Below, in pieces: positions 48,166 through 59,700 of a stretch of 64,000 nucleotides of DNA; position 1 is the first letter of the stretch, and each line of letters opens with the position of its first letter. This DNA comes from Macrostomum hystrix. Its lineage: Eukaryota; Animalia; Platyhelminthes. A model generated the notes under the pieces. That model saw nothing but the letters and a program-made list of their open reading frames with translations. It was not told the origin of the DNA and searched no databases. The stretch spans positions 13,020,001-13,084,000 of the forward strand of contig CATNEN010000039.1 in NCBI GenBank assembly GCA_950097015.1, given 5' to 3'. The position numbers and the translations under genes are program-made.

Positions 48166-48692
48166 CCATGTAGTCCGGATCATGTCATTTACGCCGGAGA
48201 TCTCCGGCGTAAATCTGGTTTGGGATCGGAGGCTGGCGTAAGTGCTTGGCGTAAGTATAGGCCAAAATGTGCCTTGGCGTAAGTGCTTGGCATAAGTACA
48301 TAGCATAAATCAAGTGGCGTAAATGTTAGCACAAATGAGATCATTCACAATCAAATGTATCACTATAGAATATATCACATTTGCGTTAATTATGATGTTA
48401 AGGAGCAGCATTAAAACAAAGTTCATTAAAATATTGCAGTTCGAATAAATTAGATAGCAGAATATCTATTGTAGGATAGCAAAAGTTTTTTTAGCTTTAA
48501 GATGCTTACTTTGATACTTGATTCAGAATTTGCAACTTGTGAGATTTTTAAACAGTTGCAACTTCTGAATTTAATTAATCACCGATTAACAAGAATTGTG
48601 AAGGACCTTTTTTGGTTGGCGTAAGTCTGGCGTAAGTGCCAAAAAATGTTGATTTTTCCTCCGGCGTAAGTCCAGCATGATCTGGACTATGG
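48166..48692. mobile_element. Non-autonomous DNA transposon with 8-bp TSD (hAT- or P-type)
   Basis: TIRs CCATGTAGTCCGGATCATG ... CATGATCTGGACTATGG; perfect TSD CCCGAATG (48158-48165 and 48693-48700); repeated subterminal GGCGTAAGT motifs. Confidence 0.88.
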
Positions 48693-49114
48693 CCCGAATG
48701 TGCCTGCATCATCTCCATCTTCGGTGGTTACCTACCTTTATCTAGACAGATTTTGCTGGACCTTCAAGGGCTACAACAGGTGAAAATAGGCCTCTATGGA
48801 CACCCGGACGCAAATTTCTCCAATTTCACTGATTAAGCCAAAATATTAGGCGCAGCTCAACGACAGGACACCCTCGCCTAGTCTGTCAACCAATCAGTCA
48901 CTACCCAACGCTTTTGGCATTCAATCGCTGCCAAGAAAATTCCCATTGTTTTTTTAAATGGGCAGCAAAATGGCTTGGTAGTCCGATACTTTTTCAGTAT
49001 TTTCAGTTTTGTATAGATAGACATCTGGACATTCTATATATTCCATATCTATAAATTGCATTTCGATTTCTCTTCTTTTTTCAGCAACAAAGAAGTCTTT
49101 GAATCCTTGTAATC

Positions 49115-50695
49115 ATGGACGCGAAAAAATTTCTAGAGCTTCAAGGTCAAATTAAGCAGAACAATCAGGAATACCTTGAGTTTGTCAGCGAGCTGGACTC
49201 GTGGAAAGCTGATCTTGACAAAAAAAGACAGCGAACAGAACAGAAAAAGCAAATAAGCCAGGATGATAAACTAGAACAAAAGACTGAAAATCTGCCACCT
49301 GTTAGAAACAGCCTGATGAAGAAAAAGTACAAGAAGAAGCCGAAGCAGACAACAGAAGCCCAGAAGCAGCAGCAGCAGACCAAGAAAATAGCCGCCTACG
49401 ACTACAGAGCCTGGGATAAATTTGATGTTGACAAGGCCTGCGAAGATTTAGACAAAGCCAGGCCAGCTGATAAGCCTGAAGAAGACGAATTTGAAACCGA
49501 CGAAGAATGGGAAGAGGAGCGGCGCGCTCAGCTGGCCGAGATGAAAAAAACTGCCGGCAATGAGGCGTTCAAGGCTGGCCGATACGATGAGGCAATTGAG
49601 TTGTACACCAAGGCCACCCAATTAAACCCGGAGACTGCCGTGTACTATTGCAATAGGGCCATGGCCCTGCTAAAGCTAGATAGATTCGCTGCCGCCGAAG
49701 CTGATTGTTGCGCTGCACTAGAGTTAGATAGTAAAATGGTCAAAGCTTATTACAGGTGAGGCGAGCTACGTACGGGTAGACGGCTGGAGTAACTAAACCC
49801 TTTGTTGTAAAGCTATGTGCCTCGTCATATAATTAGTAATGCCTTAATTTTCACTGTCTCCTTTAAGATTCCGTAGATTGGTCTCAAATGAGATACTGTA
49901 GCTTTGTCTCATATGAGATACTGTATATTTATCTGATATGAGATTCCGTAGATTTGTCTCATATGAGATACAGTATATTTATCTGATATAAGATTCCGTA
50001 GATTTGTCTCATAAGAGATTCCGTAGATTTTTCTCATATGAGATTCCGTAGATTTGTCTCATATGAGATTCCGTAGATTTGTCTCAAATGAGATTCCGTA
50101 GATTTTTCTCATATGAGATTCCGTAGATTTGTCCCATAAGAGATTCCGTAGATTTGTCTCATATGAGATTCCGTAGATTTGTCTCATATAAGATTCCGTA
50201 GATTTGTCTCATATGAGATTCCGTAGATTTGTCTCATATGAGATCCCGTAGATTTGTCCCATAAGAGATTCCGTAGATTTGTCTCATATGAGATCCCGTA
50301 GATTTGTCTCATATGAGATTCCGTAGATTTGTCTCATATGAGATCCCGTAGATTTGTCTCATATGAGATTCTGTAGATTTGTCTCATGAGAATCTGTAGA
50401 TCTTTGTCAAATTAGATTCTTTAAATAAAAAAATCCCTTAAAATTCTCCAGGCGCTGTCAGGCCCGCCAGAAGCTCGGCAAAAACCCGGAGGCTCTGCGC
50501 GATTTAGAAGAGGCGGCAGCTCTGGAGCCCGGCAACAAGGCTCTGCAAACCGAACTCAAACAACTCCGAATCACCTTGCAGCCTGAGAAATATGCCACTG
50601 GTGAAGTTGAGCCAATCTTTGATAAGCCCATTGGTCAGAGATCCGTTAAGCCTTTAGTTCGGGTGTCGATTCAAGAAGTCTCGGAAACTGCTATC

Positions 50696-50731
<36 letters not shown>

Positions 50732-53302
50732 TCTCCGTCAACTACAAACGGAACTTCGTCTAAAATAACCGTAGTGGGAGAATCAAAGATAGAATCTAAA
50801 CCCGAGCCAAAGTTAGCTTCTAGTGCCCAAATGTCAGACGCTGTAGACCTTAATAGTGTGCGGTAAGACGTGTCTTATCTTATCTCTGTTTAGATCAGTT
50901 TTATTTATATCCCGTGTCTAATTCAATCCATCGCACTAATCCTCAGTAATTCCCAAGTTGCCATCTTAGATTTATCCTGTAATCTTTAGGATTCCATCAA
51001 ATAATAATCCTCGGTAATCACCCTGATCACAACTCAGATGCATCCTAGAAATCTCCCAGATCCCATCTCAGATGTTTCCTCAAAATCTCCCAGATCCCAT
51101 CTTATATGCATCCTAAAAATCTCCCAGATCCCATCTCAGATGCATCCTAAAAATCTCCCAGATCCCATCTCAGATGCATCCTAAAAATCTCCCAGATCCC
51201 ATCTCAGATGCATCCTAAAAATCTCCCAGATCCCATCTCAGATGCATCCTAAAAATCTACCAGATCCCATCTTATATGCATCCTAAAAATCTCCCAGATC
51301 CCATCTCAGATGCATCCTAAAAATCTACCAGATCCCATCTTATATGCATCCTAAAAATCTCCCAGATCCCATCTTATATGCATCCTAAAAATCTCCCAGA
51401 TCCCATCTCAGATGCATCCTAAAAATCTACCAGATCCCATCTTATATGCATCCTAAAAATCTCCCAGATCCCATCTCAGATGCATCCTAAAAATCTTATA
51501 TGCGTCCTAAAAATCTCCCAGATCCCATCTTATATGCATCCTAAAAATCTCCCAGATCCCATCTTATATGCATCCTAAAAATCTACCAGATCCCATCTTA
51601 TATGCATCCTAAAAACCTCCCAGATCCCGTCTCAGATGCATCCTGAAAATCTCCCAGATCCCGTCTCAGATGCATCCAATAATCTCCCAGATCCCGTCTC
51701 AGATGCATCCTGAAAATCTCCCAGATCCCGTCTCAGATGCATCCAATAATCTCCCAGATCCAGTCTCAGATGCATCCTAAAAACCTCCCAGATCCCGTCT
51801 CAGATGCATCCAATAATCTCCCAGATCCCATCTCAGATGCATCCTAAAAACCTCCCAGATCCCGTCTCAGATGCATCCAATAATCTCCCAGATCCAGTCT
51901 CAGATGAATCCTAAAAACCTCCCAGATCCCATCTCAGATGCATCCTGAAAATCTCCCAGATCCCGTCTCAGATGCATCCAATAATCTCCCAGATCCCGTC
52001 TCAGATGCATCCTGAAAATCTCCCAGATCCCGTCTCAGATGCATCCAATAATCTCCCAGATCCCGTCTCAGATGCATCCAATAATCTCCCAGATCCAGTC
52101 TCAGATGCATCCTAAAAACCTCCCAGATCCCGTCTCAGATGCATCCAATAATCTCCCAGATCCCATCTCAGATGCATCCTAAAAAACTCCCAGATCCCGT
52201 CTCAGATGCATCCAATAATCTCCCAGATCCCATCTCAGATGCATCCTAAAAACCTCCCAGATCCCGTCTCAGATGCATCCAATAATCTCCCAGATCCCGT
52301 CTCAGATGCATCCAATAATCTCCCAGATCCCGTCTCAGATGCATCCTAAAAACCTCCCAGATCCCGTCTCAGATGCATCCAATAATCTCCCAGATCCCAT
52401 CTCAGATGCATCCTAAAAACCTCCCAGATCCCGTCTCAGATGCATCCAATAATCTCCCAGATCCAGTCTCAGATGAATCCTAAAGACCTCCCAGATCCCG
52501 TCTCAGATGCATCCAATAATCTCCCAGATCCCGTCTCAGATGTATCCAATAATCTCCCAGATCCCATCTCAGATGCATCCTAAAAACCTCCCAGATCCCG
52601 TCTCAGATGCATCCTAAAAACCTCCCAGATCCCATCTCAGATGCATCCTGAAAATCTCCCAGATCCCATCTCAGATGCATCCTGAAATCTCCCAGATCCC
52701 GTCTCAGATGCATCCAATAATCTCCCAGATCCCGTCTCAGATGTTTCCTCAAAATCTCTCAGATCCCATCTCAGATGCATCCTCAGAATCTTCCAGATCT
52801 CATCTCAGATGCGTCCCTCTGCATCTGAAATCCCATCATTAATATCCCTCTCCCATCCTTCCCATTTAGCGCTCCCTCCGTGGCGCAATCGCAGCCGATG
52901 CAGCCGCCAGAGACGGCCTTCCAGTTCAAGACCGCCTATCGCAGTCTAGCCCGTCGCGATCCCCTAGCCTTCTGCACGACTGTGCTGTGCGCTGTGCCGC
53001 CGGAACGTCTTCCTGTCCTCATCGGCGAATCCCTTGAGTCCGACGCCCTACTCTACATGGCCGCCGCGTTCCAGTCCGGCCTAGTCGCGGACTCGAGCAT
53101 AGCTTCAAGAGTCTATCAGTGCCTTCGGCTGATGGCAGATCGGGTCAGGCGATTCAGCACCTGTGTGGCATTCCTGAGCGCCAACGAGAAGGCCAGACTG
53201 GGAGATCTGATGCGACAGTTGAGCTCAAGCCTGACTGATGAGACTCAGCTGCGAGATCTCAAACTGCTGGCTGCCGCCTATGGAGTTGCTGATGCTGTCT
53301 GA
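49115..53302 (+). CDS. RPAP3: RNA polymerase II-associated protein 3 (R2TP co-chaperone, Spaghetti-like)
   Basis: Exons 49115-49755, 50452-50862 and 52870-53302 (phase 2/2). LELQGQIKQNNQE, LPPVRN, YDYRAWDKFDVDK, TPR clamp (KTAGNEAFKAGRYDEAIELYT...YCNRAMALLKL...KAYYRR), KPLVRVSIQEV and C-terminal domain PPETAFQF. Confidence 0.93.
49862..50402. repeat. 25-bp minisatellite (AGATTCCGTAGATTTGTCTCATATG)n in RPAP3 intron 1
   Basis: About 21 copies; 12-bp perfect palindrome TCTCATATGAGA across units. Confidence 0.96.
51030..52825. repeat. 32-33-bp minisatellite (AAAATCTCCCAGATCCCATCTCAGATGCATCCT)n in RPAP3 intron 2
   Basis: About 55 copies; GATGCATC palindrome. Confidence 0.97.
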
Positions 53303-53409
53303 TACGATCTGATTGATTGATTTTCTTATTTCCTCACATCTTATTTCTTGTGCCTTTTTCGGATAACTATAGACTGGGCATTTTTCTTCTGAGGATCATG
53401 ACTGCTGTT

Positions 53410-53800
53410 GCCCTTCCTTCCTGTCTGCCTTTCTCTCTCCCTTCCTCTCTCCCTTCCTCTCTCCCTTCCTCTCTCCCTTCCTCTCTCCCTTCCTCTCTCC
53501 CTTCCTCTCTCCCTTCCTCTCTCCCTTCATCTCTCCTTTCCTCTCTACCTTCATCTCTCCCTTCATCTCTCCTTTCCTCTCTCCCTTCATCTCTCCTTTC
53601 CTCTCTTCCTTTTTCTCTCCTTTCCTCCATTCTTAACGCCTTTCTCTTCCATCTCGTTTATCTTTCTCTCTATCTCCTCTACTCACTGCCTTACTCTTCC
53701 TGCCAATCTCTCTTCCTCTCCCTCTCCTTTCCTATTCCTTTCTGTACCTCTTTTTCTCTCGTTTCATTTAATTCTCCTGTCTCTTCCTCTGTCCTCTACT
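53410..53800. repeat. Polypyrimidine 12-bp repeat (CTTCCTCTCTCC)n and low-complexity tract
   Basis: Direct observation; lies after the RPAP3 stop. Confidence 0.93.
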
Positions 53801-53987
53801 CATGCTCTTCTGATAGCAGCTATTGCGTTTACTTATCGATTAGCTGCTTAAGTAAGCAGAACAGATTTTCTGACCTTTTTTATTTCCAAATCATTCAGCA
53901 TTCACAAAAAAAGTTAGTTTTTTTTCGCATTATAGGCTTGTGATAAACGTGACCCGCCAGAATAACTTGTTTGTTGCTTTATACTTA

Positions 53988-55224
53988 GTTGCATAGCAAC
54001 CATTGGATATTTAGAATGAGTAGCATAGCAACCGTAGGTTATGAAGAATTAGTGACATAGCAACCTTAGGCTATGAAGAATTAGTGGCATAGCAACCTTA
54101 GGTTATGAAGAATTAGTGACATAGCAACCTTAGGTTATGAAGAATTAGTGACATAGCAACCTTAGGCTATGAAGAATTAGTGACATAGCAACCTTAGGCT
54201 ATGAAGAATTAGTGACATAGCAACCTTAGGCTATGAAGAATTAGTGACATTGCAACCTTAGGTTATGAAGAATTAGTGACATTGCAACCTTAGGTTATGA
54301 AGAATTAGTGGCATAGCAACCTTAGGCTATAAAGAATTAGTGACATAGCAACCTTAGGTTATGAAGAATTAGTGACATTGCAACCTTAGGTTATGAAGAA
54401 TTAGTGACATAGCAACCTTAGGCTATAAAGAATTAGTGACATTGCAACCTTAGGCTATGAAGAATTAGTGACATTGCAACCTTAGGTTATGAAGAATTAG
54501 TGACATAGCAACCTTAGGTTATGAAGAATTAGTGACATAGCAACCTTAGGTTATGAAGAATTAGTGACATTGCAACCTTAGGTTATGAAGAATTAGTGAC
54601 ATAGCAACCTTAGGCTATGAAGAATTAGTGACATAGCAACCTTAGGTTATGAAGAATTAGTGACATAGCAACCTTAGGTTATGAAGAATTAGTGACATAG
54701 CAACCTTAGGCTATGAAGAATTAGTGACATAGCAACCTTAGGCTATAAAGAATTAGTGACATAGCAACCTTAGGTTATGAAGAATTAGTGACATTGCAAC
54801 CTTAGGTTATGAAGAATTAGTGACATAGCAACCTTAGGCTATAAAGAATTAGTGACATAGCAACCTTAGGTTATGAAGAATTAGTGACATAGCAACCTTA
54901 GGTTATGAAGAATTAGTGACATTGCAACCTTAGGTTATGAAGAATTAGTGACATAGCAACCTTAGGCTATAAAGAATTAGTGACATTGCAACCTTAGGCT
55001 ATGAAGAATTAGTGACATTGCAACCTTAGGTTATGAAGAATTAGTGACATAGCAACCTTAGGTTATGAAGAATTAGTGACATAGCAACCTTAGGTTATGA
55101 AGAATTAGTGACATTGCAACCTTAGGTTATGAAGAATTAGTGACATAGCAACCTTAGGTTATGAAGAATTAGTGACATAGCAACCTTAGGTTATGAAGAA
55201 TTAGTGACATAGCAACATAGCAAC
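53988..55224. repeat. 32-bp minisatellite (GTGACATAGCAACCTTAGGTTATGAAGAATTA)n containing RFX X-box-like sites
   Basis: About 37 copies. The edge copy is the inverted repeat GTTGC-ATA-GCAAC (53988-54000). Ends ~50 nt before the TTTTGCAG acceptor of TMEM41B. Confidence 0.96.
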
Positions 55225-55329
55225 TGTAATAAACTAGCGAGTATTATCTATTGTCGCCCAATGTACTTTTGCAGCAATCGCCAGTCAATCAATCATCCTT
55301 AACCTGTTGAACAAATAAATCTAAAGATA

Positions 55330-56238
55330 ATGTCTCAAACAAACTCGGAATCGACAAGTAAAACTGTCTCCGATTCTCCTAACGCCGCCTACCAGAGGCG
55401 CACTTTTGGCGTGACTCCGCGCGATCCGATTCACCCGGAATCCACTGACAGCAATGCTGCACCACTGGCCTGCTCGCCCAGATCCTATGTCTATAGAAAA
55501 GGCGATACTCGCCGTGCTGTTCTATGGCTAAGCCTAATCTTCTCCGTAGCCCTGTTGCTAATGTACATTCTCTACCTGAACATGCCGCCATTCACAGTTG
55601 AAGAGAGTAAAATTCTTCGATTACCAGCTAATCTAGACGATGCAAAACAACTTGGCAATCTGCTGTACAAGTACAAAAGTACATACTTTACTCAGGTGCT
55701 TTGCGGCCTAGCCATTACCTACGTATTCTTGCAAACCTTTGCCATTCCCGGCTCAATATTTCTTAGCATTCTATCCGGCTATTTGTTTCCTCTGCCACTA
55801 GCCCTGACTCTAGTGTGCACCTGTTCAGCAGTTGGCGCATCCTTCTGTTACATGCTGTCCTATTTAGCTCTGCGCCCAATGCTACACAAATATGTTGCCA
55901 ACAGAATTTCTAATTGGGCCAAAGAGGTTGACAAAAATCGCGAGCACCTGTTTAATTACATATTATTTCTAAGAATAACACCTTTCCTACCTAATTGGTT
56001 TATTAACCTCGCTTCGCCAATTGTTGGCGTCACATTGTTGCCATTCTTTATTGGCACGTTTTTTGGAGTTTTGCCGCCGTCAGTGTTTGCTATTCAGGGC
56101 GGCCAGACGCTGCAAAAGATGGCCTCAACCTCGGAGACTGTGACGTGGCGCAGCGTGACTATATTGGCTGTCCTAGCACTGTTTGCTATTGCTCCAGCTT
56201 TGCTGAAGAATCGTCTGCGTAATAAATTTAAAGTTTGA
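55330..56238 (+). CDS. TMEM41B: Transmembrane protein 41B (stasimon; VTT/DedA-domain lipid scramblase), intronless
   Basis: LPANLDDAKQLG, YVFLQTFAIPGSIFLSILSGYLF, HLFNYILFLRITPFLPNWFINLASP and FFIGTFFGVLPPS. Confidence 0.96.
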   Translation: MSQTNSESTSKTVSDSPNAAYQRRTFGVTPRDPIHPESTDSNAAPLACSPRSYVYRKGDTRRAVLWLSLIFSVALLLMYILYLNMPPFTVEESKILRLPANLDDAKQLGNLLYKYKSTYFTQVLCGLAITYVFLQTFAIPGSIFLSILSGYLFPLPLALTLVCTCSAVGASFCYMLSYLALRPMLHKYVANRISNWAKEVDKNREHLFNYILFLRITPFLPNWFINLASPIVGVTLLPFFIGTFFGVLPPSVFAIQGGQTLQKMASTSETVTWRSVTILAVLALFAIAPALLKNRLRNKFKV

Positions 56239-56391
56239 TTTTGGTTTGTTATGTACTGGGCAGGGGGCCAGTACATAATACATATGCCACACCCACCCTT
56301 AATTACCATAACTGCCCACTGCCTACTTCACGAAAGCTACCAAAACGAATGACCGGTTTTCGTGAAAGTCCACCCTTACTATGAAGAAACA

Positions 56392-56890
56392 GGTTGTAGC
56401 CTAGTGGTTAGGGCGTCGGACTCACGACTTGAAGGTCGGAGGTTTGATTCCCGACTCCACTGAAACAATTTGTGTCCTTTAGCAAGGCACTTAACTCTGC
56501 ATTGCTTCAGTTCACCCAGCTCTTAAATAGGTACTGTCAAGCCGTGCTCAGGAATATAAGGCAAGACTGCCCGTAGGCTTGGTTTGGGTTAGTAGCGAAT
56601 TTAGTTTATTAGTCACGATGTTTCACGATACGCTTGCATATATATATAAGTAGACGAGTCAACAAGGCTTAAAAGTCAACAGGTGTTGAGTACATCAATA
56701 ATCAATATTCAGGCTGCGTACATTGGGTCAGAGTGCGGTTGGCGCGCAGGCCTGCAGATCTACCACAGTTCACTTGCTTAACACAGTTCACGGTTCATTC
56801 ACGGCTCAAACCCCGGCACGTCAGGTACCAGCATTAGCTGGGATAATTGAAGGTGGGTGTGGCGTCCCCCCAGTCCATGGACTGAACAGA
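56392..56890 (+). mobile_element. SINE family A interrupted by a solo LTR
   Basis: 56392-56534 and 56824-56890 are collinear with the intact copy at 15480-15685. Confidence 0.88.
56535..56823. mobile_element. Solo LTR (289 bp) of an LTR retrotransposon
   Basis: TG...CA termini with imperfect inverted ends (TGTCAAGCCG / CGGCACGTCA); 5-bp TSD GGTAC (56530-56534 and 56824-56828), single in the empty SINE copies; internal TATA-rich tract. Confidence 0.88.
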
Positions 56891-56899
56891 TACAGATGC

Positions 56900-56982
56900 T
56901 ATGCAGAGTTAAATGACTTTCACATTAAATTAAACGACCTTCAAGTCGTGTGTCCGACGCTCTAACCACTGAGCTACAACCC
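56900..56982 (-). mobile_element. SINE family A 5' fragment, inverted
   Basis: Reverse complement GGGTTGTAGCTCAGTGGTTAGAGCGTCGGACACACGACTTGAAGGTCG. Confidence 0.8.
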
Positions 56983-57677
56983 CTTAGCAACACTGTAGTG
57001 ACTAAGAAATTTGTAGGTGTTTTGCCACTTAGATTTGAAAATCTGCCTTATAAATAGGACTTTTTAAAACTGCAGTTTTTTTCTTAACAATGACCACCTT
57101 CTGCACCGCGTGTTTGTTTTTGAATTTGTATTTGTATTCAACTTAGACTACTTCACATGCTAAATTTATGAAAAAAAACTAATTATGCTGTTTAACAATG
57201 TTTTGAAAGACATGCTCAAAAATAAAATTCGTTGTCAATATAAAAAGCTAAAAATCTGTAAATTTGTTTTACCACTATTTGCCTACCTCTTCTTTCAATT
57301 TCTCAAACTAAAACAAATCTAAACATTTTTTGGGGAAAACTCAATATATTTTATTATCTTATTAAACTTGTTATACATTTCTTGTTTTTTATCTATCGTT
57401 ATTCTAGAATCTAGACAATAAATGTTTGTCTGCTGCTTAAAATATCTGGTTGCGGAAGTAGACACAAAAATTTGATAACAGCACAATCTACTAATTAGTA
57501 GTGCGTTAAGAAAATGTCTTGATTTTTCCGTCATTGATTTTGCATATTTTTAATGTGTTTTTTTCTGGAAAATAAACAGCAGAACTCAGTGGAAACAGAC
57601 GTGTATGCGTGGTTTTATTGACAAACTAATAAAATGTATTCTCCTCTTTGTCCTTCAACTATGGTCCTATATTTCCG

Positions 57678-57990
57678 CGGTCGGTGGCAGAGCCAAGGTC
57701 CATGAGTTCGATTCCGCGGCGAGGCCACACTCATTTGGGGCGCAGCCGCGGAGAGATGGCTTTGGATGCTTGTCGTGCAATTCGCGCCCTTGAGGACCAA
57801 CCTCCAAGGCACAGTGAATGTGTACACTGCCTGACGATGAGAAAGTCTGTGTGTTTGTGCTCGGGAAAGTGAAATGTGCTCAGTGAAATGGACAGAATTG
57901 CCTCCTCGCTGGCTGCGGGTCTAGTGCCACCAAATGATGTGCCATTGCCCGCACCTATCCTGCAATAATAATAATAATTATATAATAATG
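57678..57990 (+). mobile_element. SINE family B
   Basis: Homologous to 16418-16785, with an (AAT)n tail. Confidence 0.85.
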
Positions 57991-58155
57991 TTTGTATACA
58001 AAGTTTTCCTATGTTCGCTAGCTTACAAAATGTTCTTTTTGTATTTCCTTTTCCAGCTATTATCGACTGTCAGCTAAAGGCTTGGATCTGAATCTATCTG
58101 ATTAGCTGATTTTAGATAATTAGATTCAAAAGTCTTCCTGGAACTAACACCAGAC

Positions 58156-58975
58156 AGTAAGTTTTCACAACAAGTATTTTAAACTTGCTCTGTAATAAAT
58201 TACCAATAATCACTCTCACTGTAAATCGCACGACAAGCCCCCAAGCCTTATTTTCGCTGCTGCGCCCCAAATAAATGTGGCCTCGCCGTGGAATCGAACT
58301 TAGGGACCTTGGCGCGAGAGGCAAACGCGTTAACCGCTCCGCCACCGACCCCCTGAGCTCAAAACCCTACTCCAACCTCCCACCATTCCCACATCGTCAG
58401 TGTCCTCAGACTTCAGCGTCTCGGCCATCAGTCTGAAGACGCAGAAGAAATTGGCCAGCCGTTTCTCAACCCGCAAGTGCGCCAGAGTCATTCTAGACGA
58501 TCTGGCTAGCGGCCTGCTCGACCGCCTTCATCGGCTCATCTCTCTATGCCTGAATTCTCGCAAAGAAGCTGACAAGACTGTGAAAAATCTCATCAAAGTT
58601 GCCGTGAAAGTCAGCCTACTGGCTCGCAATGATCAGTTTAGCGACTCGGAGCTGGCCCTGGGTCGCCAGCTCGCTGACAAATTTAGGCACCTGTTGATGA
58701 CCCTAATCAGCTTTCACCGGGTTGAGTTCACCTACGATAGGCAGCACCTGATTGGACTGTTAGATGAGCTTCGCGAACTATTGGGTCGGCTCTTGGGCAG
58801 TCACGTGACCCAGAAGTCTCACGATCGTCTAGCCGGCGCATTTCAATGCCTGACTAAGCCGGAGCTGCTAGATGAACTGTACGGCGGCGCTGCGCCAGGC
58901 AGTCGAGTGCACGTTGAGATGCAGATGCTCTGCCGAGATGCCGACGCATTTCTTGAGCAGAAACGGACCGTCTAA
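58156..58975 (+). CDS. TNFAIP8: TNFAIP8/TIPE family protein; ATG probably split by an intron (A at 58156 + TG at 58401-58402)
   Basis: ISLKTQKKLASRF, LDRLHRL, RKEADKTVKNLIKVAVKV, RNDQFSDSE, ISFHRVEFTYDR and HVTQKSHDRL. Leader exon 58057-58156 (TTCCAG| ... GACA|GTAAGT); acceptor CGTCAG at 58400. Confidence 0.9.
58220..58352 (-). mobile_element. SINE family B, 5' part, in the TNFAIP8 intron
   Basis: Reverse complement GGGGTCGGTGGCGGAGCGGTTAACGCG...AGTTCGATTCC...GAGGCCACAT. Confidence 0.85.
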
Positions 58976-59065
58976 GTCCGACTGGCTACTGGCTGTGACT
59001 GCGTGTTTGCTTCTAGGAGGGACATCAACTTTCTCTCTTCTCTGCCTACGAGTATTCATCTTTAT

Positions 59066-59700
59066 ACCCTCTACTATGTCCCTTCCTACCCCTCTGTTGG
59101 TCTCTCCTCTCCCCTCTACTATGTCCCTTCCTACCCCTCTGTTGGTCTCTCCTCTCCCCTCTACTATGTCCCTTCCTACCCCTCTGTTGTTCTCTCCTCT
59201 CCCCTCTACTATGTCCCTTCATACCCCTCTGTTGTTCTCTCCTCTCGCCTCTACTATGTCCCTTCATACCCCTCTGTTGTTCTCTCCTCTCCCCTCTACT
59301 ATGTCCCTTCATACCCCTCTGTTGTTCTCTCCTCTCGCCTCTACTATGTCCCTTCCTACCCCTCTGTTGGTCTCTCCTCTCCCCTCTCTTCCTCTCCCTT
59401 ATCTTCCTCTCCTCCTTTCTTTCTTTCTCTTCTCTCCCTCTCTCCCCCCTCCTCTTCTACCCTCTCCTCCCCCTTCCTCAATCTTCCTCTCGCCTCTCTT
59501 CCTCCCCTCTTCCTTTCCCCCCCTCTTCCTCTTCCTCTCCCCCTCTTCCTCTCCCCTCTTCCTCTCCCCCTCTTCCTCTTCCCTCTCTTCCTTCCCTCTT
59601 CCTCTCCCCTTTCATATCTCCCTCTTCCTCTACCCTCTCTTTCTCTACCGTGTTCCTCTCCTCTTTCCTCTCCGTCTCTTACTTCTTTATCGATCTTTCT
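59066..59700. repeat. 45-bp pyrimidine-rich minisatellite followed by a CT low-complexity tract
   Basis: About 7 copies of CTCTACTATGTCCCTTCCTACCCCTCTGTTGGTCTCTCCTCTCCC. Confidence 0.93.

Larger units (their letters stand above)
45774..49084. promoter_or_regulatory. Divergent intergenic region between TTC30 (-) and RPAP3 (+); probable promoter(s) and AT-rich outrons
   Basis: Head-to-head genes. TAGGCCTA cluster at 46871-47124. RFX-half-site-like TGGCAAC (~46094), TAGCAAC (~46958, ~47129) and GTTGCTA (~47037). Function inferred. Confidence 0.5.
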
